The notes beneath the pieces were generated by a model, which was given only the letters and a program-made list of their open reading frames with translations, was not told where the DNA came from and ran no database searches. A DNA stretch of 64,000 nucleotides from an uncultured Bacillota bacterium (lineage in GTDB: Bacteria; Bacillota_I; Bacilli_A; RFN20; CAG-826): NCBI GenBank assembly GCA_949289845.1, contig CASEPN010000001.1, positions 528,316 to 592,315 of the forward strand, given 5' to 3'. The position numbers were made by a program, and so were the translations under genes. Position 1 is the first letter of the stretch, and the number at the start of each line of letters is the position of its first letter. Shown here one piece after another: positions 39,441 to 48,365 of this stretch.

Positions 39441-39610
39441 GCGAAGAAGGAGACACGCTCAAGGGGAAGTCCCCATGGAGCACCGCTCCGGAGCATCCGT
39501 CCGAGGAGGGCGGCGAGTCCATCCGCGTTAAGGGGAAGAGAGGCGGGAAGGAGATTCCCGCAAGCAAGGTGGAACCGCGCGGAAGCGCCCTTGTCGGGGC
39601 GCTTTCTTTT
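39441..39610 (+). promoter_or_regulatory. T-box riboswitch (Thr) upstream of thrS
   Basis: T-box AAGGTGGAACCGCG (39566-39579), terminator AAGCGCCC...GGGGCGCTTTCTTTT, and a candidate ACC specifier at 39482-39484. Confidence 0.85.
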
Positions 39611-39630
39611 CGTGGGAAGGAGGAATACCC

Positions 39631-41532
39631 ATGCAGATCCGCTACGAAGGAAGGAAAATCGAAATCAAGGACGGGGCGACCGGCTTCGACCTCGTGAAGG
39701 AGTTCGACCCGGACAGGAAGAAGGAGGTCGTCGCTCTCCAGGGCAAGGAGAGGGAGCGTTCCCTCCGGGAGCCCCTCGTCCCCGGGGACGAGCTTTCCCC
39801 GATCCTCATGGGGAGCAAGGAGGCGTTCCACCTCCTCAACCACTCGACCTCGCACCTCATGGCGCAGGCGATCCGCCACCTCTACCCCGAGGCCCGCTTC
39901 GGGGTGGGGCCGGCGATCGAGGAAGGCTTCTACTACGACGTCGACCCCGGGGAAGGGAAGACCATCGCCGAAAGCGACCTCCCGCGCATCGAGGAGGAGA
40001 TGCGGAAGCTTTCCAAGGAGAACATCCCCTTCGAGAGGATGGAGTGCTCGATGGAGGAGGCCCTTTCCCTCTTCCCCGGGGACCCTTACAAGGACGAGCT
40101 CATCAAGGAGCACGGGGCGGAAGGCATCAGCCTCTACCGCCAGGGCGACTTCCTCGACCTTTGCCGCGGGCCCCACGTCCCCTCGACCGGCTATATCAAG
40201 CACTTCCGCCTCCTTTCCGTCGCCGGCGCCTACTGGCGGGGCGATAGCAGGAACAAGCAGCTGACCAGGATCTACGGCACCTCCTTCTGGAGCAAGGAGG
40301 AACTGGAGAACTACCTCGAGCTCCTTGAGAAGAGGAAGAGGAACGACCACCGGAGGCTCGGGAAGGAGCTCGGGCTCTTCTTCATCAGCGAGTACGGCCC
40401 CGGCTTCCCTTTCTTCCTCCCCAAGGGGATGGAGCTCAAGAACCACCTCCTCTCCTACTGGAGGGAAATCCACCATAAGTACGGCTACCAGGAGATCGAG
40501 ACCCCGACCATCCTCTCGCGCGAGCTCTGGGAGACCTCCGGCCACTGGGACCACTACAAGGAGAACATGTACGTCACGAAGATCGACGACAGGGACTTCG
40601 CGATCAAGCCGATGAACTGCCCCGGGGCGATCCTCGTCTACAAGAACGAGATCCATAGCTACCGGGAGCTGCCGCTCCGCTATGCGGAGCTCGGGCACGT
40701 GCATAGGCACGAGGCCTCGGGCGCCCTGAACGGCCTCTTCCGCGTGCGCGCCTTCACCCAGGACGACTCCCACATCTTCATCCGCGAGGACCAGATCGAG
40801 GACGAGGTCAAGAACATCATGGCCCTCTTCGACGAGGTGTATAGCCTCTTCGGCCTTTCCTACAGGATTGTCCTCTCCACGAGGCCGGAGGAAGGCTACA
40901 TCGGCACCCCCGAGTTCTGGGACAAGGCGGAGGCGGCGCTCGCGAAGGCCTGCCTCGACTCCGGACACGAGTACCAGGTGAACCCCGGGGACGGGGCCTT
41001 CTACGGGCCGAAGCTCGACTTCAAGCTGAAGGACTCGATGGGCAGGACCTGGCAGTGCGGGACCATCCAGCTCGACCTCAACCTCCCCCACCGGTTCGGC
41101 TGCACCTATGTCGACGAGAACGGCGAGAAGAAGGAGCCCGTGATGCTCCACAGGGTCGTCTTCGGCTCGATCGAGCGCTTCATCGGCATCATAACCGAGA
41201 ACTACGGCGGGGCCTTCCCCGCCTGGCTCGCACCCAAGGCGGCGAGGATCCTGCCGGTGAAGAAGGAGGCGCATGGGGCCTACGCGAAGGAAGTCCTCGC
41301 CCTCCTTGAGAAGGCGGGCGTCCCCGCGGAGATCGACGATTCCGAGGAGAAGCTTGGCTACCGTCTCCGGAAGAGCCAGGTCGAGAAGGTCCCCTACGTC
41401 CTCGTCCTCGGGGACATGGAGGCCGAGGGAAGGTCGGTGAACCTGCGCGCCTTCGGGTCGGAAAAGCAGGAGTCGCTCTCTCTCGAAGAAGCCATCGAGC
41501 GCCTTTCCGCGGAAGTCCAGGAACGGAAATAG
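39631..41532 (+). CDS. thrS: Threonine--tRNA ligase
   Basis: HSTSHLMAQA, DLCRGPHV, AGAYWRG, DHRRLGKEL, KPMNCP, FTQDDSH and GAFYGPK. Confidence 0.97.
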   Translation: MQIRYEGRKIEIKDGATGFDLVKEFDPDRKKEVVALQGKERERSLREPLVPGDELSPILMGSKEAFHLLNHSTSHLMAQAIRHLYPEARFGVGPAIEEGFYYDVDPGEGKTIAESDLPRIEEEMRKLSKENIPFERMECSMEEALSLFPGDPYKDELIKEHGAEGISLYRQGDFLDLCRGPHVPSTGYIKHFRLLSVAGAYWRGDSRNKQLTRIYGTSFWSKEELENYLELLEKRKRNDHRRLGKELGLFFISEYGPGFPFFLPKGMELKNHLLSYWREIHHKYGYQEIETPTILSRELWETSGHWDHYKENMYVTKIDDRDFAIKPMNCPGAILVYKNEIHSYRELPLRYAELGHVHRHEASGALNGLFRVRAFTQDDSHIFIREDQIEDEVKNIMALFDEVYSLFGLSYRIVLSTRPEEGYIGTPEFWDKAEAALAKACLDSGHEYQVNPGDGAFYGPKLDFKLKDSMGRTWQCGTIQLDLNLPHRFGCTYVDENGEKKEPVMLHRVVFGSIERFIGIITENYGGAFPAWLAPKAARILPVKKEAHGAYAKEVLALLEKAGVPAEIDDSEEKLGYRLRKSQVEKVPYVLVLGDMEAEGRSVNLRAFGSEKQESLSLEEAIERLSAEVQERK

Positions 41533-41538
41533 CAGACG

Positions 41539-41584
41539 AAAAAAGGGTTTCTGCTGGGGAAATCCCGCAGAACCCCTTTTCTTT
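41539..41584. terminator. Bidirectional terminator between thrS and ogt
   Basis: AAAAAAGGGTTTCTGC...GCAGAACCCCTTTT. Confidence 0.7.
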
Positions 41585-41587
41585 CGC

Positions 41588-42121
41588 CTAGCCGATCGAA
41601 GGATGGAGGTAGCGCCCCGGGCGGTAGCGCTTCCCGCCGGAGCGCTCCATCTCGAGGAGGCTCTCGCAGATCTCGACGCCAGCGGGATAGCCTTCCTGGG
41701 CGATGCTCTCCCCCTCCTCCCTCACGACCCTGTGGCAGGGAATGAAGATAGGAAGGGGGTTGTTCATGAGCGCGGAGCGAAGCGCCTGGACGGTCTTTCT
41801 CGAGGAGAGGGCCTGGAGGGTCTCCTTCTCCGTCCGCGTCTCGCCGTAGGGGATGGAAAGGACGTACTCGTACACCTTCCTCTCCCATTCCTCGCATTCG
41901 AGGAAAAGAGGGAGGTCGAACTTCTTCCTCTGGCCGAAGAAGTACTGGTTCAGCTCGCAGATCGCGTCATAAAGGAGCGTCGTCTCCCCGTGGGCGATCC
42001 CCTCGGGGTCGTGGCTCCCGAAAAGGACTTTCACCAGCCGCTTCCTCGTGCCGATGAGGGTCATGTCCCCCGCGGCGGTGTCGTAGACGGAATAGCGCAA
42101 AGAATCCCCTTTCAGTTCCAT
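41588..42121 (-). CDS. ogt: Methylated-DNA--protein-cysteine methyltransferase
   Basis: YFFGQRKKFDLPL, IPYGET and the active site NPLPIFIPCHRVV. Confidence 0.88.
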   Translation of the reverse strand: MELKGDSLRYSVYDTAAGDMTLIGTRKRLVKVLFGSHDPEGIAHGETTLLYDAICELNQYFFGQRKKFDLPLFLECEEWERKVYEYVLSIPYGETRTEKETLQALSSRKTVQALRSALMNNPLPIFIPCHRVVREEGESIAQEGYPAGVEICESLLEMERSGGKRYRPGRYLHPSIG

Positions 42122-42204
42122 CGTTGCCCCCTTTCACCATCAAAATAACGGAAGTTCGGAACCAAGGCAACCGAAAGTTAGGAAAAATCGTAGAATGCGC
42201 CTTT

Positions 42205-43005
42205 TTAGAAGGTGACGGTCAGAAGAGTCATGTCGTCGATGCTCTTGAAGCGGGGGTGCTCCACGAAATCCGGGTCCTTCGCCGAGGCATCGAGTATCGC
42301 CCTCCGGATCTTCCGGAAGGGAGTGTGGAACAACGTCTTGCGGTCCATGATATGGAAGGTATCGACTGCCTGGAGAATGCCGTCGGTGGCAAGGGCGAGG
42401 AAACGCACCTTCTCAAGGGGGATCTTCGTCTCGAAGGGGACGATCGCCCCTGCGGCGGGGAGGCTGAACACGCGGTATCCCCCGAGGCCGTTCATGAGCC
42501 TCCTGTTCTCGCGGAGCCTATCCTGAATGAGGGGGCGGGCTTCCCTCGGGGTGATTCCCTTCTCCTCGGCGATCCTTCGCATCTCCTGGAGAGCGCCTTC
42601 GTCGATCCGGGGCAGGTTCTTGTCGCGGAAGGAAAGGGTCGTCCCGTCCTTTTCCTCGAGGTAGATCTCGACGTCCCCGAGCATCCAGAGGTGGAGCTCC
42701 TTCTCCTCGATTCTTGCCATCGCCAGGCCCATCGAGGGCATCTCCGCGGGATCCTTGGTGTCGCTTTTCTTGGCGAAGCGTTCCCCGTAGACCCGCGAAA
42801 GCCTTTGCAGTTCCCCGGTCAAATCCTCGATTCCTGGGTTGAGGTCGCGGACGAAGGACTTGACGAGCCACATCGCGTCAGTCGGCTCGAAATGGGGTTC
42901 CCCGAGCCCCGTGGCCCCGTCCATGACCGCGAAGAAGTACTCGGTGGCGATGTAGCCGTCCTCGTTCCACTTCCCCGCGGAACGGGTCCTGGCGACCACT
43001 TCCAT
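42205..43005 (-). CDS. PP2C/PPM-family phosphatase-domain protein
   Basis: NEDG, AVMDGATG, LGDV, LATDG and DDMT metal-binding motifs. The ATG overlaps the upstream stop (TGATG). Confidence 0.8.
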   Translation of the reverse strand: MEVVARTRSAGKWNEDGYIATEYFFAVMDGATGLGEPHFEPTDAMWLVKSFVRDLNPGIEDLTGELQRLSRVYGERFAKKSDTKDPAEMPSMGLAMARIEEKELHLWMLGDVEIYLEEKDGTTLSFRDKNLPRIDEGALQEMRRIAEEKGITPREARPLIQDRLRENRRLMNGLGGYRVFSLPAAGAIVPFETKIPLEKVRFLALATDGILQAVDTFHIMDRKTLFHTPFRKIRRAILDASAKDPDFVEHPRFKSIDDMTLLTVTF

Positions 43006-44357
43006 CAAAGGATCCCCACCTTGCTGAGGACAAGGAAGAAGCCGATGAAAGAGAGGGCGAGGGCGAGTATCACGATCGCGTAGGAAACCTTGTGCCTCCT
43101 CACCCCCTTCTTGTTCACGACAAGGATGAAGAGGAGGACGAGGGCGATGAGGAAGGAGACGGAAAGGGCGAGAAGCGTGACGAGGAGGGCGAGCGAGTCG
43201 ATGCCCGCGGTCCCCGAAAGCGCGGATACGGTCGCTGTGACGAAACCGACGAGGGTGGAGAAGATCGAGACGTAGGCGATGTTCGTGATCTTCTCGTTCT
43301 TCAGCTGCTCCTCGGCGTCCTTGAGGGCGAGGATCTCGAACTCCGTCTGGTAGTAGGAGGAGACCCCGCTCACCTCGCGGAGGTAGCTCTCGTAGCGCGC
43401 GAGGCCCGAGAGCCCTTCCGGCCTCCTCCCGAGGAGGGCGATGCCCTCGCGGATCTCCTGCCCGGCCTTCCCCCCTTCCCCGAGGAGGGCGAGGAGGCGG
43501 CCGTAGGTGAGATGGAACTTCGCGTATTTCTTCCCGTCCTCGGAACTGAGGACGTCCTGCATGAGGGAGGCGGCGTCGAGGATCTCCGGGGCGAGGCGCT
43601 TCCCGTAGGGCCTCAGGCGCCTCATCGCCTCGCGCCCGACCTTGTCGCGAAGGGGCTCCTTGTCCTCGCCCTCCTCCTCCTGGACGATCGTCTCCTCGAG
43701 GTGGATGGAGTAGTAGTCGGCGACCACTTCCCCATAGTGGTTGGAGAAGCCCTCCTGATGGAACCCGTGGGCAATCTCCCCCGTTTCCCGGATGAGGTCC
43801 CGGGAAGGGCCGTAGATCTGGGCCTTCGCCATGAGGCGGAGGTGCTCCAGCATGCTCTCCGCGCCCTTCCGGAGCGAGGAGCCTTCCTCGGGGTATCCCT
43901 TCTTGAACGCCTTGCGGAAGGCGGAGACGAGCTCGCTATCCTCGTCCCGCTCGGAGCGGTCCCCCCGGTCCCCCTGGAAGAGGAGCTTGTAGAGGAGGAC
44001 GATGTCGCGGTCCCGCCGGAGCCTCGTGTAGATGAGGAAGAAGCGGCACCATGCCAGGAGGAAGAGGTCCCAGCAAAAGTCCTCCCCCTCCTTGAGGGAG
44101 GAGAGCTCGCCGACGCACTTCTGGGAGAGCCGCTCGAGGAAGAGGGAGGGGACGAGCCCCTCCGTCCCGAGAAGGGCGCGCATCCTCTCCCCCTTCGCGC
44201 GATCGCTCAGCGCCTCCTCGGCCTGGCGGAGGGAAAGGTCGCGCTCCTCCTGGAAGAGGGAGGAGAGCTCTTGGGAGGCGGATCTCGCCTCCTCCTCGAG
44301 GATGCTCTCTCCGACGCCCGTGCCCCACGGGGCGCTATCGCTTGTCTTAACGCTCAT
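43005..44357 (-). CDS. Alpha-helical (TPR-like) protein with three C-terminal TM helices
   Basis: TPR-like segment YAKFHLTYGRLLALLGEGGKAGQEIREGIAL and a hydrophobic C-terminus. The likely start MSVKT at 44357 follows a -10 TATCAT. Confidence 0.65.
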   Translation of the reverse strand: MSVKTSDSAPWGTGVGESILEEEARSASQELSSLFQEERDLSLRQAEEALSDRAKGERMRALLGTEGLVPSLFLERLSQKCVGELSSLKEGEDFCWDLFLLAWCRFFLIYTRLRRDRDIVLLYKLLFQGDRGDRSERDEDSELVSAFRKAFKKGYPEEGSSLRKGAESMLEHLRLMAKAQIYGPSRDLIRETGEIAHGFHQEGFSNHYGEVVADYYSIHLEETIVQEEEGEDKEPLRDKVGREAMRRLRPYGKRLAPEILDAASLMQDVLSSEDGKKYAKFHLTYGRLLALLGEGGKAGQEIREGIALLGRRPEGLSGLARYESYLREVSGVSSYYQTEFEILALKDAEEQLKNEKITNIAYVSIFSTLVGFVTATVSALSGTAGIDSLALLVTLLALSVSFLIALVLLFILVVNKKGVRRHKVSYAIVILALALSFIGFFLVLSKVGIL

Positions 44358-44423
44358 GGACCGATGATACTTCCCCTGGCCTTCCTTGAATAGGGAGGCG
44401 CCCAGGGTGCTAGAATTAAACAA

Positions 44424-45275
44424 ATGGAACAGAAGGCGCTTCGCTCTCCCCGGGACCTCGGGGACATCCTCGCGGCGTGGTCCGCGATCCCTCTTCCCCC
44501 GGGAGATTCCCTCGGGGGGAAGCTCATCCCCGACCTATACATGGCGCTTCCCGAGGAGGAGGACTTCGACGCCCTCCTCAGGAGGATCCACCAGACGCTG
44601 AAGGGGACGGGGCTCCTCTCCTTCGAGGGTCCCATGCCCACCTACTCCTATTTCCTTGAGCTCCTCGAGCGGGACGGGCGCTTCCTCAGCTCCCAGGACT
44701 TCTTCGACATCTACCGGAAGAACCTCTGCCACATGGGACGCCCCTTCAAGGGCATCCTCGGAATCGAGATCACCGACTGGGTGGAGCGGAGAGGCACATC
44801 CGCCCAGAAGTTCGGGGACTTCATGACCTTCCTCCAGACGATCGACAAGGACGTCCTCATCGTCTTCCTCTCCACCTGCCTCGACCAGAACAAGAACGAG
44901 GAGGCCTTCCTCGACCTGCTGCACCGCTTCCGCCTGGAGAGGGCGGGCCTCGGGAAGGGAGTCCAGAAGGAGGACTTCCTCTCCTTCCTCCTGGAGCGGC
45001 TAGCCTCGGGGGGGACCGAGGTGAAGGAGGAGGCGAGGCCCCTCCTCGAGGAGATCGCCGCCTTCGTCCTCTCGGCCCGCGGGAACCAGGGCCTGGATAG
45101 CGCGAGGAGGCTTGCCGAGGACATCCGCTACGAGTGCCTGCTCCAGGCGAAGGAGGGGAGACCCGTCCTCACCAAGGAGATCGCCGTCCTCTTCCTCCCC
45201 GGAGGAGAGTGGGCGGAGGCCTTCCGCCTCAGCTCGGAAAGAGGGGCGAGGGTCGGCCGCATCGGCCTCATCTAG
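44424..45275 (+). CDS. Degenerate AAA+-like protein (SpoVK/CbbX-like layout, Walker A lost)
   Basis: Walker-B-like strand FKGILGIEITDW, VLIVF and a helical lid region. There is no GxxGxGKT. Confidence 0.45.
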   Translation: MEQKALRSPRDLGDILAAWSAIPLPPGDSLGGKLIPDLYMALPEEEDFDALLRRIHQTLKGTGLLSFEGPMPTYSYFLELLERDGRFLSSQDFFDIYRKNLCHMGRPFKGILGIEITDWVERRGTSAQKFGDFMTFLQTIDKDVLIVFLSTCLDQNKNEEAFLDLLHRFRLERAGLGKGVQKEDFLSFLLERLASGGTEVKEEARPLLEEIAAFVLSARGNQGLDSARRLAEDIRYECLLQAKEGRPVLTKEIAVLFLPGGEWAEAFRLSSERGARVGRIGLI

Positions 45276-45290
45276 GAGGAGGAAAAGCAA

Positions 45291-46976
45291 ATGGCGAACG
45301 AATACCGCTACAGCAGGATCTTCGGGGTCCACACCTTCGAGAACCGCTTCGCCACGGAGGAGGAGATCCGCCTCTCGGGCATCCTCTCCCCCGTCTATTT
45401 CGGCTCGAAAGAGATGCCCCGGGACTCGGGGATCCCCATCCTCACGGACGGGCGCCGGGCCGAGGTCCTCGGAGGCGACACGCATAGCCTCATCATTGGG
45501 GCGACGGGCTCGATGAAGACGAGGGCGGTCCTCGTCCCGACCCTCCTCTCGATCGCCGAGCACGGCGAGAACCTCGTCGTGAGCGACCCCAAGGGCGAGA
45601 TCTTCGACCTCACGAGCGGGCGCCTCCAGGAGCTCGGCTACGAGGTGCGCTGCATCAACTTCCGCGACATGTCGCGCTCCAACCGCTGGAATCCGCTACT
45701 GAGCGCCTACGAGCGCTACGAGAAAGGGGACGTCGACGGGGCCGTGGAGCTCATCATCGACCTCACCAAGATGCTGGTCGAGCCCTTCCGCTCGACGCAG
45801 GACCCCTACTGGCATAACTCCGCCGAGCACATGCTCCAGGGGGCGATCGAGCTCCTGATGGCGGTGGCGAGCGTCCCCCAGGACTGCAACATGGAGACGC
45901 TCTCCGTCCTCATGACCATGATCAACGCCGTGAGCGGCGACGGGGACGGGGACCCGATGACCAACCGGGCGCTCCGCTCGCTCGTGAACTCGCTCCCGGA
46001 CAACTCGAGGATCCGCGGGAACCTCGCCCCTGTCTTCGGGAACGCCCCGAACACGAGGAGGTGCATCACCTCGATGGCGCAGTCGGCGATCGACTGCTTC
46101 GCCAACAGCGACGCCGCGCTGAACCTCACCTCCGAGAGCACCTTCTCGATCGCCCGGCTCGGGGAGAAGGACGGGAAGATGGCGATCTTCATCATCGTCC
46201 CCGACGAGAAGAGCACCTTCGACTTCATCACCGCCGCCTTCGTGAAGGAGGTTTATAGCGACGCCATCGCGATGGCCTCCGCCTCTCCCGGCAGGAAGCT
46301 CCCCCGGAGGCTGAACTTCCTCCTCGACGAGTTCGCGAACATCCCGCCGATCCCGGACATGACCGACATGATCAGCGCCGCGCGCTCGCGGAACATCCGC
46401 TTCCACCTCGTCCTCCAGAGCAACGCGCAGCTGGAGGGACGCTACGGGAAGGCCGACGCGGAGACGATCAAGACGAACTGCCAGACGTGGGTCTACCTCT
46501 ATAGCCGCGAGACCTCGATGCTCACCGAGATCCAGCAGTACGTGGGGACCGACGGGACGGGGAAGCCGCTCCTCACCCTTGCCGACATCGAGCGGATCGG
46601 GCCCTGCTTCCCCAAGGTGAACGCCCTGGTCATGATGCCGAGGATGCGTCCCTTCCTGGCAAGCCTCGCCGACTATAGCCTCTACCCCACTCTCGTGGGG
46701 GAGAACGGGAAGGCGAAGCTTCCGCCCGTGGACATCCGCCTCCCCGAGAGGCGCCCGGGCGGGCAGATCGCGATCGGAGAGGAGCTTCTCAAGCCCGCGC
46801 GGACGAGGACCCAGGAGATTGCCGAGTACATCGCGGAGAGGGAGAAGGGGGCAAGGGGCCCGAGCTACCGCGACCGCTTCCTCCGCCCGATCGCCAAGGA
46901 AGGCGGGAAGAGCGAGGCCATCGCCCAGGAACGCCGCCGCTTCGTGAACGCCCTGATGGGCAAGAAAGGAGAATAG
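45291..46976 (+). CDS. Soluble VirD4/TraG-like coupling ATPase
   Basis: IIGATGSMKT, VSDPKGE, RWNPL, DPYW, FLLDEFANI and ARSRNI...LQSNAQL...YG...IKTNC. No N-terminal TM segments are present. Confidence 0.88.
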   Translation: MANEYRYSRIFGVHTFENRFATEEEIRLSGILSPVYFGSKEMPRDSGIPILTDGRRAEVLGGDTHSLIIGATGSMKTRAVLVPTLLSIAEHGENLVVSDPKGEIFDLTSGRLQELGYEVRCINFRDMSRSNRWNPLLSAYERYEKGDVDGAVELIIDLTKMLVEPFRSTQDPYWHNSAEHMLQGAIELLMAVASVPQDCNMETLSVLMTMINAVSGDGDGDPMTNRALRSLVNSLPDNSRIRGNLAPVFGNAPNTRRCITSMAQSAIDCFANSDAALNLTSESTFSIARLGEKDGKMAIFIIVPDEKSTFDFITAAFVKEVYSDAIAMASASPGRKLPRRLNFLLDEFANIPPIPDMTDMISAARSRNIRFHLVLQSNAQLEGRYGKADAETIKTNCQTWVYLYSRETSMLTEIQQYVGTDGTGKPLLTLADIERIGPCFPKVNALVMMPRMRPFLASLADYSLYPTLVGENGKAKLPPVDIRLPERRPGGQIAIGEELLKPARTRTQEIAEYIAEREKGARGPSYRDRFLRPIAKEGGKSEAIAQERRRFVNALMGKKGE

Positions 46977-46977
46977 G

Positions 46978-47550
46978 ATGGGAGAGAAGAGCTACTTCCT
47001 GAACGAATCCATCGACAACTTCATCCGGAGCCGCAACATCCCCCTCGTGGGCGAGGTGAACGGGAAGATGGCCCTGGACGCGATGATGATGCTCCTCCAG
47101 ATGAACGAGGAGAGCCGCGAGAAGCCGATCACCCTCTACATCGATAGCGGGGGAGGCTCCGTCCCGGCGGGCTGGACCATCATCGACACGATGAACGCGA
47201 TCTCGGCTCCCGTGGACACGATCTGCTACGGGACGGCGGCCTCGATGGCGGCCATCATCCTCGCCGCGGGAAGGAAGCGCTACGCCCTCCCCCACTCCCT
47301 CATCATGATCCACCAGCCGTCCCTCGTGACCGCCGAGGAAAGCGTGCGCCAGGAGGACTTCCAGGTCCTCGCCGATAGGATCCGGAACACGCGGGAGAGC
47401 GCCGAGCGCTTCCTCGCCGAGCGGAGCAACGGCAAGGCCGACCAGGCGAAGTTCCACGAGGCCTGCCGCCTCGACACCTACCTCTCCCCCGAGGAAGCCC
47501 TGGAGCTTGGCATCATCGACGAGATCCTCGGCGGGGAGAAGCGGCTATAA
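46978..47550 (+). CDS. clpP: ClpP-family serine protease (accessory paralog)
   Basis: LYIDSGGG, AASMAA (Ser), IMIHQP (His) and RLDTYLSPEEALELGIID (Asp). The N-terminus is short. Confidence 0.85.
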   Translation: MGEKSYFLNESIDNFIRSRNIPLVGEVNGKMALDAMMMLLQMNEESREKPITLYIDSGGGSVPAGWTIIDTMNAISAPVDTICYGTAASMAAIILAAGRKRYALPHSLIMIHQPSLVTAEESVRQEDFQVLADRIRNTRESAERFLAERSNGKADQAKFHEACRLDTYLSPEEALELGIIDEILGGEKRL

Positions 47551-48200
47551 GGACCGCCTTCCTCGACCTCGACGGGACGATCCTCGACACCGAGAGGCTC
47601 TACCAGAAGCATTGGAGGAAAGCCGCCTTTTCCCTGCATCTCCCCGTCGAAAAGGCGGATTTCCTCATGCTCCGGAGCCTGGACAGGACTCTCGCGGACA
47701 TGCTCCTCCATAAGTGGTTCGGTGAGGAGGCCCCTCTAGAGGAATTAAGGAGGAGAAGGAACGAGGGGATGGAAGAGGAGATGCTCCTCTCCCCTCCGAA
47801 GGTCAAGGAAGGAGCCATAGAGGGACTGCGGAAACTAAGGGAGAAAGGCTACCGCCTTGCCCTCGTGACCCAGACCCCGAGGGAGAGGATCCTTCCTCTC
47901 CTTGAAAGGGCAGGACTCCACAACCCCTTCGACGAGATTGTCTCCGCGAGGGAAGCAAGAAGGGGCAAGCCCTTCCCCGACCCTTATCTCCTCGCTTTGG
48001 AGAGGACGAATTCCCTCCCCGAGGAGTGCCTCGCCTTCGAGGACGCGCCCGCGGGCGCCCTCTCCGCGATCCGCGCGGGAATCAGGACCTACTACGTGAA
48101 GGACCTGGACGAGCCCTCCCCCGCCCTCCGGAAGCTTCTTGCAGGAGTGCTCGATAGGCTCGACGAATGGGAGTTGACAGAGCCTCCCTCCCGTGGATAA
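47547..48200 (+). CDS. HAD-family phosphatase (beta-PGM/CbbY-like); no canonical start before motif I
   Basis: In-frame IRTAFLDLDGTILDTE lies upstream of the ORF-track ATG (47667), followed by GKPFPDPY and FEDAPAG. A candidate ATA start is at 47547. Confidence 0.8.
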   Translation: MRTAFLDLDGTILDTERLYQKHWRKAAFSLHLPVEKADFLMLRSLDRTLADMLLHKWFGEEAPLEELRRRRNEGMEEEMLLSPPKVKEGAIEGLRKLREKGYRLALVTQTPRERILPLLERAGLHNPFDEIVSAREARRGKPFPDPYLLALERTNSLPEECLAFEDAPAGALSAIRAGIRTYYVKDLDEPSPALRKLLAGVLDRLDEWELTEPPSRG

Positions 48201-48201
48201 T
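48174..48201 (+). promoter_or_regulatory. Promoter of infC-rpmI-rplT
   Basis: TTGACA-16 nt-GATAAT overlapping the end of the HAD gene. Confidence 0.65.
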
Positions 48202-48214
48202 TCGCCACGTCGAT

Positions 48215-48345
48215 AGGTAGAAAGAAGCCCGTCCGGCTCGCCGGAGGTCCCCAGGACCTCGGCACGATGGCTACCCAGAGGAGACGACGCGGTTCGTCCT
48301 CCATGGAATAGATCATCAGGGCGCGGGCTTCCGCGCCCTTTCGAT
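48215..48345 (+). ncRNA. L20 ribosomal protein leader (putative)
   Basis: Structured leader upstream of infC with AGAAGCCCG...CGGGCTTC pairing, at the canonical position for the L20 leader in Bacillota. Confidence 0.6.
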
Positions 48346-48365
48346 CAAGAAGGAGGAAACCGAAC

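Noticed and set aside
44424..47550. Conjugative element / ICE
   Set aside because: No relaxase, VirB4, integrase or att-like repeats are visible. The VirD4-like protein has no membrane anchor and its codon usage is host-like.
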